Source of the DNA: an uncultured Candidatus Saccharibacteria bacterium
GTDB lineage: Bacteria; Patescibacteriota; UBA1384; XYA2-FULL-43-10; 1-14-0-10-43-13
Length of the DNA: 64,000 bases
Reading direction: 5' to 3'
NCBI GenBank assembly: GCA_964406145.1
Contig: CAYOQP010000004.1
Location: forward strand, 1,924-65,923
The position numbers and the translations under genes were made by a program. The notes beneath the pieces were generated by a model. The model worked only from the letters and a program-made list of their open reading frames with translations, did no database searches and had not been told where the DNA came from. Of the stretch, positions 9,535-21,729 are shown piece by piece. Position 1 is the first letter of the stretch, and each line of letters opens with the position of its first letter.

Positions 9535-10671
9535 ATGCGTAAATTAGCTTACTGTTTGGCGATAATGTTCGCTTTGATTCCTATATCGGCAGTTGCCGCT
9601 GATTTTAGAGCAGAAGATTCTGGCCAAACAAATATTGCCAAGAGTGAAAATCCTCGAAATCTATATGTCGTAGGAGAGACAGTTTCTGTCGATGCCAATG
9701 TTTCAAAAGATCTAGTTGCGGCTGGCAGCGATGTCACCGTTAATGGCAATGTCGAGAATTCTTTGTTTGCGGTCGGATCAACTGTCACTGTTAATGGCAA
9801 TATTGGTTCAAACGCGCGACTGGCTGGAAGCTCTATAAACCTTAATGGTAGGGTTAAGGATGATTTTTTTGTAGGCGGAAGTTCAATTAACATTAACAAA
9901 GACTCTGAAATTGGCGGTGATTTGGTTGTTGCTGGCGGTTTGGTCAACATAAAAGGTCATATTTTTGGCAAAGTTTTAATTACTGGCGGAAATGTAACAA
10001 TCTCCGGACAAATTGATGGCAATGTTGAAGCCAAAGAAGTTGGCCAAGTTACTGTTCTAGACGGTGCTGTGATTAATGGAAAGCTTAGCTATAAGTCGAC
10101 AAAAGAAGCAAAGATTGCCAGCGGAGCAAAGATTGTTGGCGGCGTATCTTTTGATCAATCATCAAGCTCCTCAAAAATGATGGCTGCATCAGCGGTAACT
10201 ACTAGCGCATTACTATATAAGATATTAGGAATTCTAGTATTCCTGTTAATTTTGATTTATCTAATTCCTAAATTTACTGGTAAATTTGTTGAAGTAGCCT
10301 ACTCAAATTTTTGGAGTAATCTTGGCTGGGGATTTTTGGCGCTAGTCGCTGCGCCAATTGCTTTTATAATTTTATTAGTACTAACACTGACAGTTAGTCT
10401 AGCTTTTGCTTTGCTGTTCTTCTATATTGCCTTTGTTATCCTTTCGACGATATTTGCCGCACTTCTAATTGGCGCTGGCGCTTACAAGATGTTTAAGAAG
10501 GAAAAAGATTGGAGAATAGACTGGGCAACAGGGCTAATCGGGGCTATAGCTGTTACAATAATTTGGTTCTTACCTGTCGTTGGACCATTCGCAATGTTTG
10601 CTTTCTTTTTAATATCCCTCGGAACATTCGTGAGGATATCGGGAGACTTCATTAAAAACAATCGCAAATAA
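9535..10671 (+). CDS. Exported beta-helix (polymer-forming/bactofilin-like) repeat protein with C-terminal multi-TM domain
   Basis: Signal peptide ending AVA-A, ~17-aa repeats (AGSDVTVNGNVENSLFAV), several C-terminal hydrophobic helices. Confidence 0.75.
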   Translation: MRKLAYCLAIMFALIPISAVAADFRAEDSGQTNIAKSENPRNLYVVGETVSVDANVSKDLVAAGSDVTVNGNVENSLFAVGSTVTVNGNIGSNARLAGSSINLNGRVKDDFFVGGSSININKDSEIGGDLVVAGGLVNIKGHIFGKVLITGGNVTISGQIDGNVEAKEVGQVTVLDGAVINGKLSYKSTKEAKIASGAKIVGGVSFDQSSSSSKMMAASAVTTSALLYKILGILVFLLILIYLIPKFTGKFVEVAYSNFWSNLGWGFLALVAAPIAFIILLVLTLTVSLAFALLFFYIAFVILSTIFAALLIGAGAYKMFKKEKDWRIDWATGLIGAIAVTIIWFLPVVGPFAMFAFFLISLGTFVRISGDFIKNNRK

Positions 10672-10674
10672 GAG

Positions 10675-10711
10675 AAAAAATAAGTGGACTGATCAGTCCA
10701 CTTATTTTTTT
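10675..10711. terminator. Bidirectional intrinsic terminator, perfect 36-bp palindrome
   Basis: AAAAAATAAGTGGACTGA|TCAGTCCACTTATTTTTT. Confidence 0.85.
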
Positions 10712-10729
10712 GTTTAACTGTTTTTAGAC

Positions 10730-10758
10730 TTGCGGCGAGGTTGCGCGAATGATACTAT
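10730..10758 (+). promoter_or_regulatory. Sigma70-type promoter for gyrBA
   Basis: TTGCGG-17 bp-TACTAT with TGn. Confidence 0.55.
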
Positions 10759-10770
10759 AAGTACAAATAG

Positions 10771-12918
<2,148 letters not shown>

Positions 12919-12943
12919 TTTAATAATTAATTGATATAAAAAT

Positions 12944-15900
12944 ATGTCCGACGACCAAAACAACTTAGATAATCAAATTATTGAGCCGCAAGAGTCTAAA
13001 GAAGATTTAAATCTGGCCGATAATTTAGAAGATAGCTCACTGGAAAATGATGAAGTATCCAAAGAGCAGACTACATCCTTGGTTATGGTGCCAAGAAGCG
13101 ATATGTCCGACAAATCTATCACTCAGGACTCTTATTCACCAGAGGTTGGCCATTTAAAGCCTCGAGAACTTGTAATGGAAATGGAGACATCATATCTCGA
13201 TTATGCCATGAGTGTCATTGTCTCGCGTGCTTTGCCTGATGTCAGAGATGGTTTAAAGCCGGTTCACCGCCGAGTGCTATATGGTATGTACGAGACTGGT
13301 CTTCGTCACAATGTCAAATTTCGTAAATCTGCTAAGGTCGTCGGTGAAGTTATGGGTAATTATCACCCACATGGCGATACTGCGATCTATGATACATTGG
13401 TTCGTTTGGCTCAAGATTTCTCTATGAGATACCCTATGGTTGATGGTCAGGGCAACTTTGGCTCAATGGATGGCGATTCTGCAGCCGCTATGCGTTACAC
13501 GGAGTGTCGTATGACTGCCATTTCGGAAGAGATGCTATTGGATATTGATAAAGATACCGTCAACTGGCAAGACAACTATGATGGTACTACTCAAGAACCA
13601 GTTGTATTACCGGCTCGAGTACCTAATTTGTTGTTAAACGGTACGGTTGGTATTGCTGTTGGCATGGCAACAAATATCCCGCCACACAATCTAACCGAAA
13701 TTTGTAATGGCATAATTGAATTAATTGACAATCCAGAGGCCACCGTCGATGATCTTATGAAGCACATCAAGGGGCCAGATTTTCCAACTGGTGGCAATAT
13801 CTACAATACTGAAGATATAAAGATCGCTTATGCCGGTGGTAAGGGTAAAATCATGGTGCGGGCTAAGGCTGACATTGAAGAGGGCAAAAGAGGTTTTCGC
13901 ATTATCGTGACAGAGATACCATATCAGGTGAATAAGGCATCACTAATTGAAAAGATTGCTGATCTCGTTAAGGAAAAGCGAATTGAAGGCATCTCAGATA
14001 TTCGCGATGAATCAAGTCGTGTTGGTGTTCGGGTTGTTATTGAACTCAAGAGCAATTCTTATCCAAAGAAAATCCTAAATCGTCTTTATGAATTAACCCA
14101 GCTTCAAACTGCTTTTCATGTTAATATGTTGGCTCTTACTCCGGACATGGAGCCAGTCGTCATGACGTTAAAAGATGTTTTGGGCTACTATATAGAGCAC
14201 AGAAAAGAAGTAATTGAGCGCAGAACTCGTTTTGAGCTCAATAAAGCCGAGGATCGTGCTCACATCTTAGAGGGTTTGAAGATAGCCCTTGATCATATTG
14301 ATGAGGTTATTAACACAATTCGCGCTTCGGCCAACAAAGAAGATGCCAAGAAAAATTTGATGGTCAAGTTTGAGTTATCCGATCGTCAGGCAGACGCAAT
14401 ACTTGAGATGCGTTTAAGTGCCTTGGCCGCATTGGAACGTCAAAGAGTTGAAGACGAATACAATGAACTTTTAAAGCGCATTGCTTATCTTAAAGATATT
14501 CTCGACCATCCTGAGAAGATTTTGATTTTAATCAAAGAAGATCTTAAGTATTTAATTGATAAATATGGTGATGCCAGAAGAACGACAGTAGTTCCTCACG
14601 CTCTTGGAGATTTCAGTGCTGAAGATCTTATTCCTGACGAACAAGTTATAGTTTCTCTATCGCGTAGCAACTATATAAAGCGTCAAGAAGTTGACACTTA
14701 CCATAAACAAATCAGAGGTGGTGTTGGAGTTGTTGGTATGACAACCAAGGAAGAAGACATTGTCGACTTTCTTTCGTGTGCTAGGACGCATGATGATATT
14801 TATTTTTTTACCAATAAAGGCAGGGTTTTCAGAAGTAAGGTCTATGAGTTGCCTGCGACTTCTCGTCAATCCAAGGGCACACCGGTCGTAAACATTATTC
14901 AAATAGGTCAGGACGAAAAAGTAACTGCTATCTTGACTGTTCCGAAGGGCCAGAACGACAATAAATTCTTCATTATGGGCACGGTTTTTGGCCAAATAAA
15001 GAAAACAGAAATTGAAAAGTATGAAAATATCCGCAAAACAGGAATCATTGCCATGGGTCTCAAAAAGGGCGATGAACTCAAATGGGTTAAGGTATCCGGC
15101 GGTAAAGATGTTATTGTTGAGGTCTCTGAGAAGGGTCAAGCCATCTGCTATGCCGAAACAGACGTTAGACCGATGGGCCGAAGCGCATCTGGCGTCACTG
15201 GTATGAAATTGCGTTCCAATGACAAAGTAATGTCCTTGGATGTTGTTTCTGGCTCTAATTGGCCATATGAGCCAGAAAAGAAAAACCCCGTTGAGCCAGA
15301 CATGCTGATAGTTTTGGAAAATGGTTTCGGCAAAAGAACAATGTTGAAACATTTTCATATTCAAAAAAGAAGCGGAATGGGTATTAGAGCGGCAAATTGT
15401 ACTCCCAAGACAGGCAATGTTATTGGTATGCACATTGTTTATGGCGAAAAAGGCGATGTGGTTTTAGCATCACAAAAAGGCCAGTTCATTAGAATGGAAC
15501 TAAAAAATATAAAGAGACTCGGACGCGACACTCAAGGTGTAACGTTGATGAGACTTAGAGAGAACGACAAAGTTTCTTCGGTTGCTCTTATTTTGCCTGA
15601 TGAAACCATTAATGAACAACCCAAAATGGACTTTGACGACAACACGCCAAAACTTGAAAAGATAGAAAAAACTTTGCCCCAAAAAGATGAGCCAAAAAAG
15701 AAAATCTCTGTCGAGCCAGAGCTGAAAATTAATAATTACAAATCATCTGCAAATGATGAATCTGAAGAAAGTGTTAAAAAGCCGGCTGATTCTATTGTTA
15801 AAAAAGAAGTTGGACAGTCAATTATGGGCGATCACAAGCCAATTAATTCGATGCCAGGCAAAGCTGGGTTGAATGTGAAGTTTTATGACAACAAAATAGT

Positions 15901-15988
15901 TGTTGATAAAAGCGCTGATGGTATCAGTTCTAAAAAATCTGATTCAGTTATGAAGAAGGATGACAAAAACTATTGGGGCAAGGTTTAG
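12944..15988 (+). CDS. gyrA: DNA gyrase subunit A with long N- and C-terminal extensions
   Basis: RALPDVRDGLKPVHRR, HPHGD, AAMRYTE, GyrA-box-like QIRGGVG, beta-pinwheel repeats. Confidence 0.97.
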   Translation: MSDDQNNLDNQIIEPQESKEDLNLADNLEDSSLENDEVSKEQTTSLVMVPRSDMSDKSITQDSYSPEVGHLKPRELVMEMETSYLDYAMSVIVSRALPDVRDGLKPVHRRVLYGMYETGLRHNVKFRKSAKVVGEVMGNYHPHGDTAIYDTLVRLAQDFSMRYPMVDGQGNFGSMDGDSAAAMRYTECRMTAISEEMLLDIDKDTVNWQDNYDGTTQEPVVLPARVPNLLLNGTVGIAVGMATNIPPHNLTEICNGIIELIDNPEATVDDLMKHIKGPDFPTGGNIYNTEDIKIAYAGGKGKIMVRAKADIEEGKRGFRIIVTEIPYQVNKASLIEKIADLVKEKRIEGISDIRDESSRVGVRVVIELKSNSYPKKILNRLYELTQLQTAFHVNMLALTPDMEPVVMTLKDVLGYYIEHRKEVIERRTRFELNKAEDRAHILEGLKIALDHIDEVINTIRASANKEDAKKNLMVKFELSDRQADAILEMRLSALAALERQRVEDEYNELLKRIAYLKDILDHPEKILILIKEDLKYLIDKYGDARRTTVVPHALGDFSAEDLIPDEQVIVSLSRSNYIKRQEVDTYHKQIRGGVGVVGMTTKEEDIVDFLSCARTHDDIYFFTNKGRVFRSKVYELPATSRQSKGTPVVNIIQIGQDEKVTAILTVPKGQNDNKFFIMGTVFGQIKKTEIEKYENIRKTGIIAMGLKKGDELKWVKVSGGKDVIVEVSEKGQAICYAETDVRPMGRSASGVTGMKLRSNDKVMSLDVVSGSNWPYEPEKKNPVEPDMLIVLENGFGKRTMLKHFHIQKRSGMGIRAANCTPKTGNVIGMHIVYGEKGDVVLASQKGQFIRMELKNIKRLGRDTQGVTLMRLRENDKVSSVALILPDETINEQPKMDFDDNTPKLEKIEKTLPQKDEPKKKISVEPELKINNYKSSANDESEESVKKPADSIVKKEVGQSIMGDHKPINSMPGKAGLNVKFYDNKIVVDKSADGISSKKSDSVMKKDDKNYWGKV

Positions 15989-16001
15989 CTAGTCTTTGTC
16001 A

Positions 16002-16030
16002 TTGTTCTTGGGCTTGACTTGTGGTATAAT
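16002..16030 (+). promoter_or_regulatory. Extended -10 promoter for infB
   Basis: TTGTTC-17 bp-TATAAT preceded by TGG. Confidence 0.6.
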
Positions 16031-16052
16031 CAATCTTCATAAAGACTTAGGC

Positions 16053-17846
16053 ATGATAGAAATAAATAAAAAGACAATCGAAATACCAGAAGTAATCACC
16101 GTTAAGGCCTTTGCCGAGAAAGCTGGCCTGCCAGTTACGGCTGTAATTTCTGATCTCATCAAAAATGGTGTTCTAGCTTCAATTAATGAAACGATTGATT
16201 TCGAAACAGCCTCTATCATCGGTGATGATTTAAATATTAACGTTGTTTTGGAAGAAGAGACAAAAAAATCTCAGCTTACAGCCAAAGAGGATAAAAAAAC
16301 CGAAGAAAAAGATCTAGTTGGCCGTCCGCCGGTTGTTACTATTATGGGCCACGTTGATCATGGCAAAACTTCTCTGTTGGATAGAATTAGAGAAGAGCAT
16401 GTCGCCGAAGGTGAGTCTGGTGGGATTACACAACACATTTCTGTGTATCAGGTCACACTTTCTCATACAAAAAATAAAGATATTAAAAACAAGACCATTA
16501 CTTTTATTGATACTCCTGGTCATGCCGCTTTTTCAGCTATGAGAGAGCATGGTGCTGCCATCACTGACATAGTCGTTCTGATTGTTGCTGCTAATGATGG
16601 TGTTATGCCTCAAACAATTGAGGTAATTAATCAAGCCAAAAGCCAAAATGTTCCAATCATAGTTGCGATTAATAAAGTTGATCTTCCTGATGCTGACCAA
16701 ATGCGCGTCAAACAACAACTCTCCGAATATGAACTAGTTCCAGAAGATTGGGGTGGCAAAACAATTATGGTCGAAATATCAGCCAAAACTGGACAAGGAG
16801 TCGACGATCTACTAGAGATGATACTCCTTCAAGCTGAGATGATGGATCTTAAGGCTAATCCTGCTGAAGAGGCGATAGGCATTGTAATTGAGTCACATAT
16901 GCAAAAAGGTGCTGGTCCGATGGCTGTTGTTTTGATTGAAAATGGAACACTCAAACGCGGTGAACCGATTGCAATTGGTTCTTCTTATGGCAAGGTCAGA
17001 ATTCTAGAAGATTTCAGAAGCAAGTCTATAGATAGCGCCGGACCAAGCACACCGGTCAGAATTGCCGGACTGAAATCAATGCCAGATTTTGGAGACAGGT
17101 TACTAGCTTTTTCTAGCGAAAAAGAGGCTAGAGACAATGCTATAATGTCTGAAAAAAATCATCCTTCGATTAAGATTGCTACGGCCAAGAGGATCTCCAA
17201 TGATAACGAAGATGGTGAAAAAAATGAGAAAAAAGAACTTAATTTAATTATAAAAGCTGATGTTGCTGGTTCTCTTGAGGCTATTAAAAAATCGCTCGAA
17301 GAAATCAACAATAATGAATATGGTATGAAGATCATTGCAGAAGGGGTTGGTGCAATTTCTGATTCCGATGTAACATTGGCTCAAGCTACAAACGCTGAAG
17401 TTCTCGGTTTTCGCGTTAATATTTTCGGTGCCGCCAAAAGAATTGCCGAAAAAGAGAATATTAAAACCAAGATTTTCCAAGTCATCTATGAACTAATTGA
17501 CTATTCGAAGGAGGAATTAGCATCTATTTTACCTCCTGAAATAATTGAAGAAGAATTAGGTCATGGTAAAATCCTGGCAATTTTCAGAGACGACAAAAAA
17601 GGCTTTGTTACTGGTGGCGCAATTGAAAGTGGTAAGGTCGCTGTTGGCGATGAGATCAAATTTCTACAAAATAAAAATGAAAAATATCGTTCAAAAATTC
17701 TTTCATTAAGACGGGAAAAATCAGAAGTTAAAGAATGTGAATCAGGTACAGAGTGTGGCTTTTCATTGGCTCCGGGAGGCAACATTGCTGTTGGAGACAC
17801 TTTTATTACCTTTAAGACGATTACTAAAAAAAGAGAGATAGTCTAG
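16053..17846 (+). CDS. infB: Translation initiation factor IF-2 (short form)
   Basis: Start moved to ATG 16053, downstream of the promoter; [43 protein letters not shown]. Confidence 0.97.
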   Translation: MIEINKKTIEIPEVITVKAFAEKAGLPVTAVISDLIKNGVLASINETIDFETASIIGDDLNINVVLEEETKKSQLTAKEDKKTEEKDLVGRPPVVTIMGHVDHGKTSLLDRIREEHVAEGESGGITQHISVYQVTLSHTKNKDIKNKTITFIDTPGHAAFSAMREHGAAITDIVVLIVAANDGVMPQTIEVINQAKSQNVPIIVAINKVDLPDADQMRVKQQLSEYELVPEDWGGKTIMVEISAKTGQGVDDLLEMILLQAEMMDLKANPAEEAIGIVIESHMQKGAGPMAVVLIENGTLKRGEPIAIGSSYGKVRILEDFRSKSIDSAGPSTPVRIAGLKSMPDFGDRLLAFSSEKEARDNAIMSEKNHPSIKIATAKRISNDNEDGEKNEKKELNLIIKADVAGSLEAIKKSLEEINNNEYGMKIIAEGVGAISDSDVTLAQATNAEVLGFRVNIFGAAKRIAEKENIKTKIFQVIYELIDYSKEELASILPPEIIEEELGHGKILAIFRDDKKGFVTGGAIESGKVAVGDEIKFLQNKNEKYRSKILSLRREKSEVKECESGTECGFSLAPGGNIAVGDTFITFKTITKKREIV

Positions 17847-17875
17847 TTGACACGATAATTCATTTATGTTATCAT
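17847..17875 (+). promoter_or_regulatory. Sigma70-type promoter for RRM gene
   Basis: TTGACA-17 bp-TATCAT with TGn. Confidence 0.75.
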
Positions 17876-17969
17876 TAATAAGCTTAGTAACTCGCCTCGT
17901 TCTAATTGGAAATGAATCGGCCGAGAAAATAAGATAAGGTCGATTTTTTAATAAGTTGTAAGGAAAACA

Positions 17970-18290
17970 ATGGAAGAGCAGAAAAACAAACTCTTTGTTA
18001 GCAATCTTGCTTATAGCGTCACTGATGACATGCTTTTGGATATCTTTGCTGGTATCGAAGGTGTAGAAGTCGTTGAAGCTAAAGTTATCGTTGACAAATT
18101 CAACGACGGTAGATCTAAAGGTTTCGGTTTCGTAACCTTGGCTACTGACGAGATGGCTGAAATCGCTATCAAAGAGATGAACGGCAAAGAAGTCGAAGGC
18201 CGTGCAATCTTCGTTAACGTCGCCAGACCACAAGAGAAGAGAGATAATTTCAATCGTGGTGGAAGCAATACTAGACGATCATTCAGATAA
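17970..18290 (+). CDS. RRM (RNP-1) RNA-binding protein
   Basis: RNP2 LFVSNL, RNP1 KGFGFVTL, MNGKEVEGRAIFVNVARP, R/G-rich tail. Confidence 0.95.
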   Translation: MEEQKNKLFVSNLAYSVTDDMLLDIFAGIEGVEVVEAKVIVDKFNDGRSKGFGFVTLATDEMAEIAIKEMNGKEVEGRAIFVNVARPQEKRDNFNRGGSNTRRSFR

Positions 18291-18301
18291 GAAATATATC
18301 T

Positions 18302-18342
18302 ACAAAACAAAAAAGAGCCATCTTGGCTCTTTTTTGTTTTGT
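18302..18342. terminator. Bidirectional intrinsic terminator
   Basis: 19-bp perfect arms ACAAAACAAAAAAGAGCCA-TCT-TGGCTCTTTTTTGTTTTGT. Confidence 0.9.
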
Positions 18343-18349
18343 TAAGATT

Positions 18350-18377
18350 TTGACTGAAATATAAATTGAGTTATAAT
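18350..18377 (+). promoter_or_regulatory. Sigma70-type promoter for cdaA-cdaR
   Basis: TTGACT-16 bp-TATAAT. Confidence 0.65.
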
Positions 18378-18408
18378 ATAAAAAACGAATTAATTCGGTA
18401 GGGGTTTT

Positions 18409-19230
18409 GTGGAATCAGTGCTAAGTGGAAAAATTCTGGGAGTTTCTACCAAGTCTTTTTATTTTATTGACAATATTAAGACTGTTTCGGGGCCGGTTCT
18501 GGCTTTGGATATATTTCTTGTAGCAATAATATTTTACTGGATTTATCTCTTTTTAAGAGAAACAAGGGCCATGAGAATACTCTATGGTCTTTTTCTGCTA
18601 TTTGCGGTCATGGCACTTGGTAAACTTCTTGATCTTGCTCTTCTCAATTGGATTTTGAAATATTTTGCCGCAATCTTGGTTGTTGCTATACCGGTCGTGT
18701 TTCAGCCAGAATTACGAGCTGCCTTGGAAAAATTAGGCCGAGCTAGAATTATTAATGACCTATCCTTTAGTAAGGAACGCTTTGGTAGGGTTATTGATGA
18801 AGTTGTCCAAGCTTCGGTTATCTTATCTCAAAATAAAATTGGTGGTTTGATTATTTTGCAGCGTCAGACCGGTCTTCGAGAATATATTGAGAATGGCACA
18901 GCGATAGATGCATCGGTGTCAAAAGAACTATTGATGTCAATATTTTTTCCTCGTTCGCCATTGCACGACGGGGCTGTCATTATTGTCGGTGACAGAATTG
19001 TCTCGGCAAGATCAATATTACCGGTATCGGCCGCACAAATTGGTTCGGATATGGGCACCCGACATAAAGCAGCTATTGGTATTACCGAAAACTCTGATGC
19101 CATTTCGGTTGTTATCTCTGAGGAAACCGGCTCTATTTCTTTGGCGGTTGGTGGAAAAATTGAACGTCGTATTTCTGAAGAGCGTCTCAAGAATAGGCTC
19201 TCGGGGTTATTGAGACAGAATAAGGGCTAA
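18409..19230 (+). CDS. cdaA: Diadenylate cyclase CdaA/DacA
   Basis: Three TMs, VFQPELR, SPLHDGAV, GTRHKAA, VISEETG. Confidence 0.93.
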   Translation: MESVLSGKILGVSTKSFYFIDNIKTVSGPVLALDIFLVAIIFYWIYLFLRETRAMRILYGLFLLFAVMALGKLLDLALLNWILKYFAAILVVAIPVVFQPELRAALEKLGRARIINDLSFSKERFGRVIDEVVQASVILSQNKIGGLIILQRQTGLREYIENGTAIDASVSKELLMSIFFPRSPLHDGAVIIVGDRIVSARSILPVSAAQIGSDMGTRHKAAIGITENSDAISVVISEETGSISLAVGGKIERRISEERLKNRLSGLLRQNKG

Positions 19231-19231
19231 A

Positions 19232-20458
19232 ATGATTTTTAAGAATATATTAAAAGCAATCTTTCGAAACTGGCCAATCAAGCTTCTTTGTATCTTGGCT
19301 TCTGCTAGCCTTTGGTTTTATGTTACTTCTAGTCAGAACACCATCGCTAAATTTCCTGGTAGTTTAAATATAAGAACGGCGAATATATCTACAAATCTTG
19401 TGGCAATATATGATGTTAAAACAGTTGAAGTCAAAGTTATGGCCGAGCCATCTGTCTGGCAGAAACTTTCAGCAGAATCATTCTCGGCCAGTATTGATCT
19501 TTCTGGTGTTTCGGCTGGAACCCACGAAGTTCCTGTCAATGTTACTACTTCAATACCTGGTGTTCAAATAATTGAAAAAACCCCGGACAAAATATTGGTT
19601 ACTCTGGAGCCGGTTATTTCGAAAGATGTTAGCATAGCAAAAAAAATTGAAGGTGGCTCTGCCGAAGGCATGGTTCCTGGCAATATAACCTTTTCTCCCG
19701 ACAGGGTTCGGATTAAGGGTGGTCAAAGCGCTATAGATAATATTTCAGAAGCTACAGCAGTGATTTCATTAAATGGTGAAGGTGAGAATTTCAAGAGAAA
19801 TATTTCGCTAATTGTTCTAAATGATTCTGGCGAAGAGATGAAGGATGTCGAAATTTGGCCCAACGAAGTTGAAGCAGACGTTTCCATCGTCAAAGGGTCA
19901 AACGTTAAAACAGTTGGAATCAAGGTGAAGATTATTGGATCTCCGAAAGAAAATTACTACGTGTCAGATGTTACTTCTATGCCTGGTGCGGTTGATATTA
20001 GCGGAATTAGAGACATTGTTGTCAATACTAAATATCTAGAAACGCAATCAATAGATATTTCTGGGGTTAGCACTGATATTGAGAGAGATATAGCCCTGAG
20101 CGCTCCAGACGGCATTACCATTCTTGGTAACAGCTCTGCTAAAGTTCATGTTATAATCAACATATCTTCATTTGAAATATCCAGAAGTTTTGATGTTTCA
20201 AATTATAAAATACTAAATTCTAATATTCAGGTCGCTTCCTTTGACCCAACTACGGTTAAAGTTGTTTGCGAAGGCCTGCCTAATATTCTTGGAACTTTAA
20301 CCAAAGATAACTTTTCTATAGATCTAAATTTAATTGGCAAAACCCCGGACCCTAATGGCGAGATTAATGTAGCTATAGTTCCCGAAAATGTACATGCCGT
20401 TGACGGAGTTACAATTATTTCGGTTGAGCCAAACACTATAAAAATCAAGTCAAAATAG
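19232..20458 (+). CDS. cdaR: CdaR/YbbR-domain regulator
   Basis: NWPIKLLCILASASLWFYV anchor, repeated P..V.V....A.IDLSG units, directly after cdaA. Confidence 0.88.
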   Translation: MIFKNILKAIFRNWPIKLLCILASASLWFYVTSSQNTIAKFPGSLNIRTANISTNLVAIYDVKTVEVKVMAEPSVWQKLSAESFSASIDLSGVSAGTHEVPVNVTTSIPGVQIIEKTPDKILVTLEPVISKDVSIAKKIEGGSAEGMVPGNITFSPDRVRIKGGQSAIDNISEATAVISLNGEGENFKRNISLIVLNDSGEEMKDVEIWPNEVEADVSIVKGSNVKTVGIKVKIIGSPKENYYVSDVTSMPGAVDISGIRDIVVNTKYLETQSIDISGVSTDIERDIALSAPDGITILGNSSAKVHVIINISSFEISRSFDVSNYKILNSNIQVASFDPTTVKVVCEGLPNILGTLTKDNFSIDLNLIGKTPDPNGEINVAIVPENVHAVDGVTIISVEPNTIKIKSK

Positions 20459-20479
20459 GCACTTTTGTGACCAAAAGAC

Positions 20480-20507
20480 TTGACTTTGAAATTGGTAGTG
20501 ATAAACT
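20480..20507 (+). promoter_or_regulatory. Sigma70-type promoter for LysM-CHAP gene
   Basis: TTGACT-16 bp-TAAACT with TGn. Confidence 0.55.
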
Positions 20508-20543
20508 ATTAAACTGTATTGTGAAAAGCAATACACAATTATT

Positions 20544-21650
20544 ATGGCTTTATTGCTAGACAACGAACCCCCTTCGTCTCTCAAGGACGATAACAAAAAA
20601 AATTCAAACATCGGTGCTCAAACCAATATTAGTGCTCTTGGTGCTAATTTTGCTCCAACCATTCTAAAACCTTTTAGAGCTATTCTCAGTCTCTTTAAAA
20701 AGGTGTATGGATATTTTTTGGTTGTTAGTCAAAAAGTAAAATCATTTTTAAATACTATTGTTGGAAATAAATATTTACCGCATTTTACTATTGTGGTTTT
20801 ATTTTTTGTTGTAATTTTTGCCAATGTTAACGATAGGGCTAAGGCTTATTATCTGGCTCGTGATATCAATAGCTTGGACCCTAATATTGAACTTTCGATA
20901 ACTGATTCTATCGACTCTTTTACCCCAACTATCAGTCGTGATGCCGTCTATGCCGAAAAAGCTAATATGGCTTCAAGCTACTCTCAGGGTTTTGCTAGTA
21001 TTAATGCTCCAATCGATACTAAGATAACAGAAAGAACAGAACCACTCCCGGATAATTCCAAGGAACAAGTCTATTATGTCGTCCGTAGCGGTGATACTCT
21101 TTCTGGTCTTGGTTGGAAATTTGGCGTTAAATTAGCCACCCTAAAATATGTTAATGATCTAAACGTTGATTCCATTAAAGTTGGGGCCAGACTTAAGATT
21201 CCAGTTCGAGGATACGAGGTTTCCCCAACTTTAATTGCCAAAAGAGAGAATGAAAGAAATGCTAAACTGGCAATTTCAAGTAGAAACACAGTCGCCAGAA
21301 ATTCTGCTTCTAGGGGTACCGTATCAAGCTTGCCTGGTTCTATTAAAAATGCCTATCCTTATGGCTGGTGCACTTATTATGTCGCCACCAGAAGGGCAAT
21401 CCCCGCTCGTTGGGGTAATGCTGGTCAGTGGCTTAATTCAGCTAAGCGCGATGGTTATGCGACTGGTTCTAGCCCGGCAGTCGGTGCCGTTGTTGTGACT
21501 AATGAGTCGTGGTGGGGCCATGTTGCCTATGTCGAGAGTGTCAGCGGCGGCAACATTACAATTTCAGAGATGAACGCTCCTATTTGGGGTGTGGCTACAT
21601 CGCGCACTATTAGCTCTTCTGATCGAAGGATCAAGGGTTTTATTTACTAA
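20544..21650 (+). CDS. Membrane-anchored LysM + CHAP peptidoglycan hydrolase
   Basis: TM helix, LysM YVVRSGDTLS...LKIP, CHAP YPYGWCTYYV, WGNAGQW, GHVAYVE, SEMN. Confidence 0.92.
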   Translation: MALLLDNEPPSSLKDDNKKNSNIGAQTNISALGANFAPTILKPFRAILSLFKKVYGYFLVVSQKVKSFLNTIVGNKYLPHFTIVVLFFVVIFANVNDRAKAYYLARDINSLDPNIELSITDSIDSFTPTISRDAVYAEKANMASSYSQGFASINAPIDTKITERTEPLPDNSKEQVYYVVRSGDTLSGLGWKFGVKLATLKYVNDLNVDSIKVGARLKIPVRGYEVSPTLIAKRENERNAKLAISSRNTVARNSASRGTVSSLPGSIKNAYPYGWCTYYVATRRAIPARWGNAGQWLNSAKRDGYATGSSPAVGAVVVTNESWWGHVAYVESVSGGNITISEMNAPIWGVATSRTISSSDRRIKGFIY

Positions 21651-21667
21651 TTTTAGATCTTATATTT

Positions 21668-21693
21668 AAATGCCTAGTCAAAAAGGCATTTTT
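21668..21693 (+). terminator. Intrinsic terminator
   Basis: AAATGCCT-loop-AGGCATTTTT. Confidence 0.6.
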
Positions 21694-21729
21694 ATGTTAG
21701 AATAAATAAGTATTAGAATAATTATTCTT

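Noticed and set aside
14657-15433. 258-aa antisense ORF inside gyrA
   Set aside because: Shadow frame of a conserved gene, no motifs or SD
15996-16052. Track start for infB at TTG 15996 (also early starts for rpmC, rplE, rplF, rpsM)
   Set aside because: Upstream of the predicted promoter or overlapping the previous gene; homologous N-termini begin at the later ATGs
20459-20543. c-di-AMP (ydaO) riboswitch before the LysM-CHAP gene
   Set aside because: Gap too short and AT-rich, no aptamer consensus
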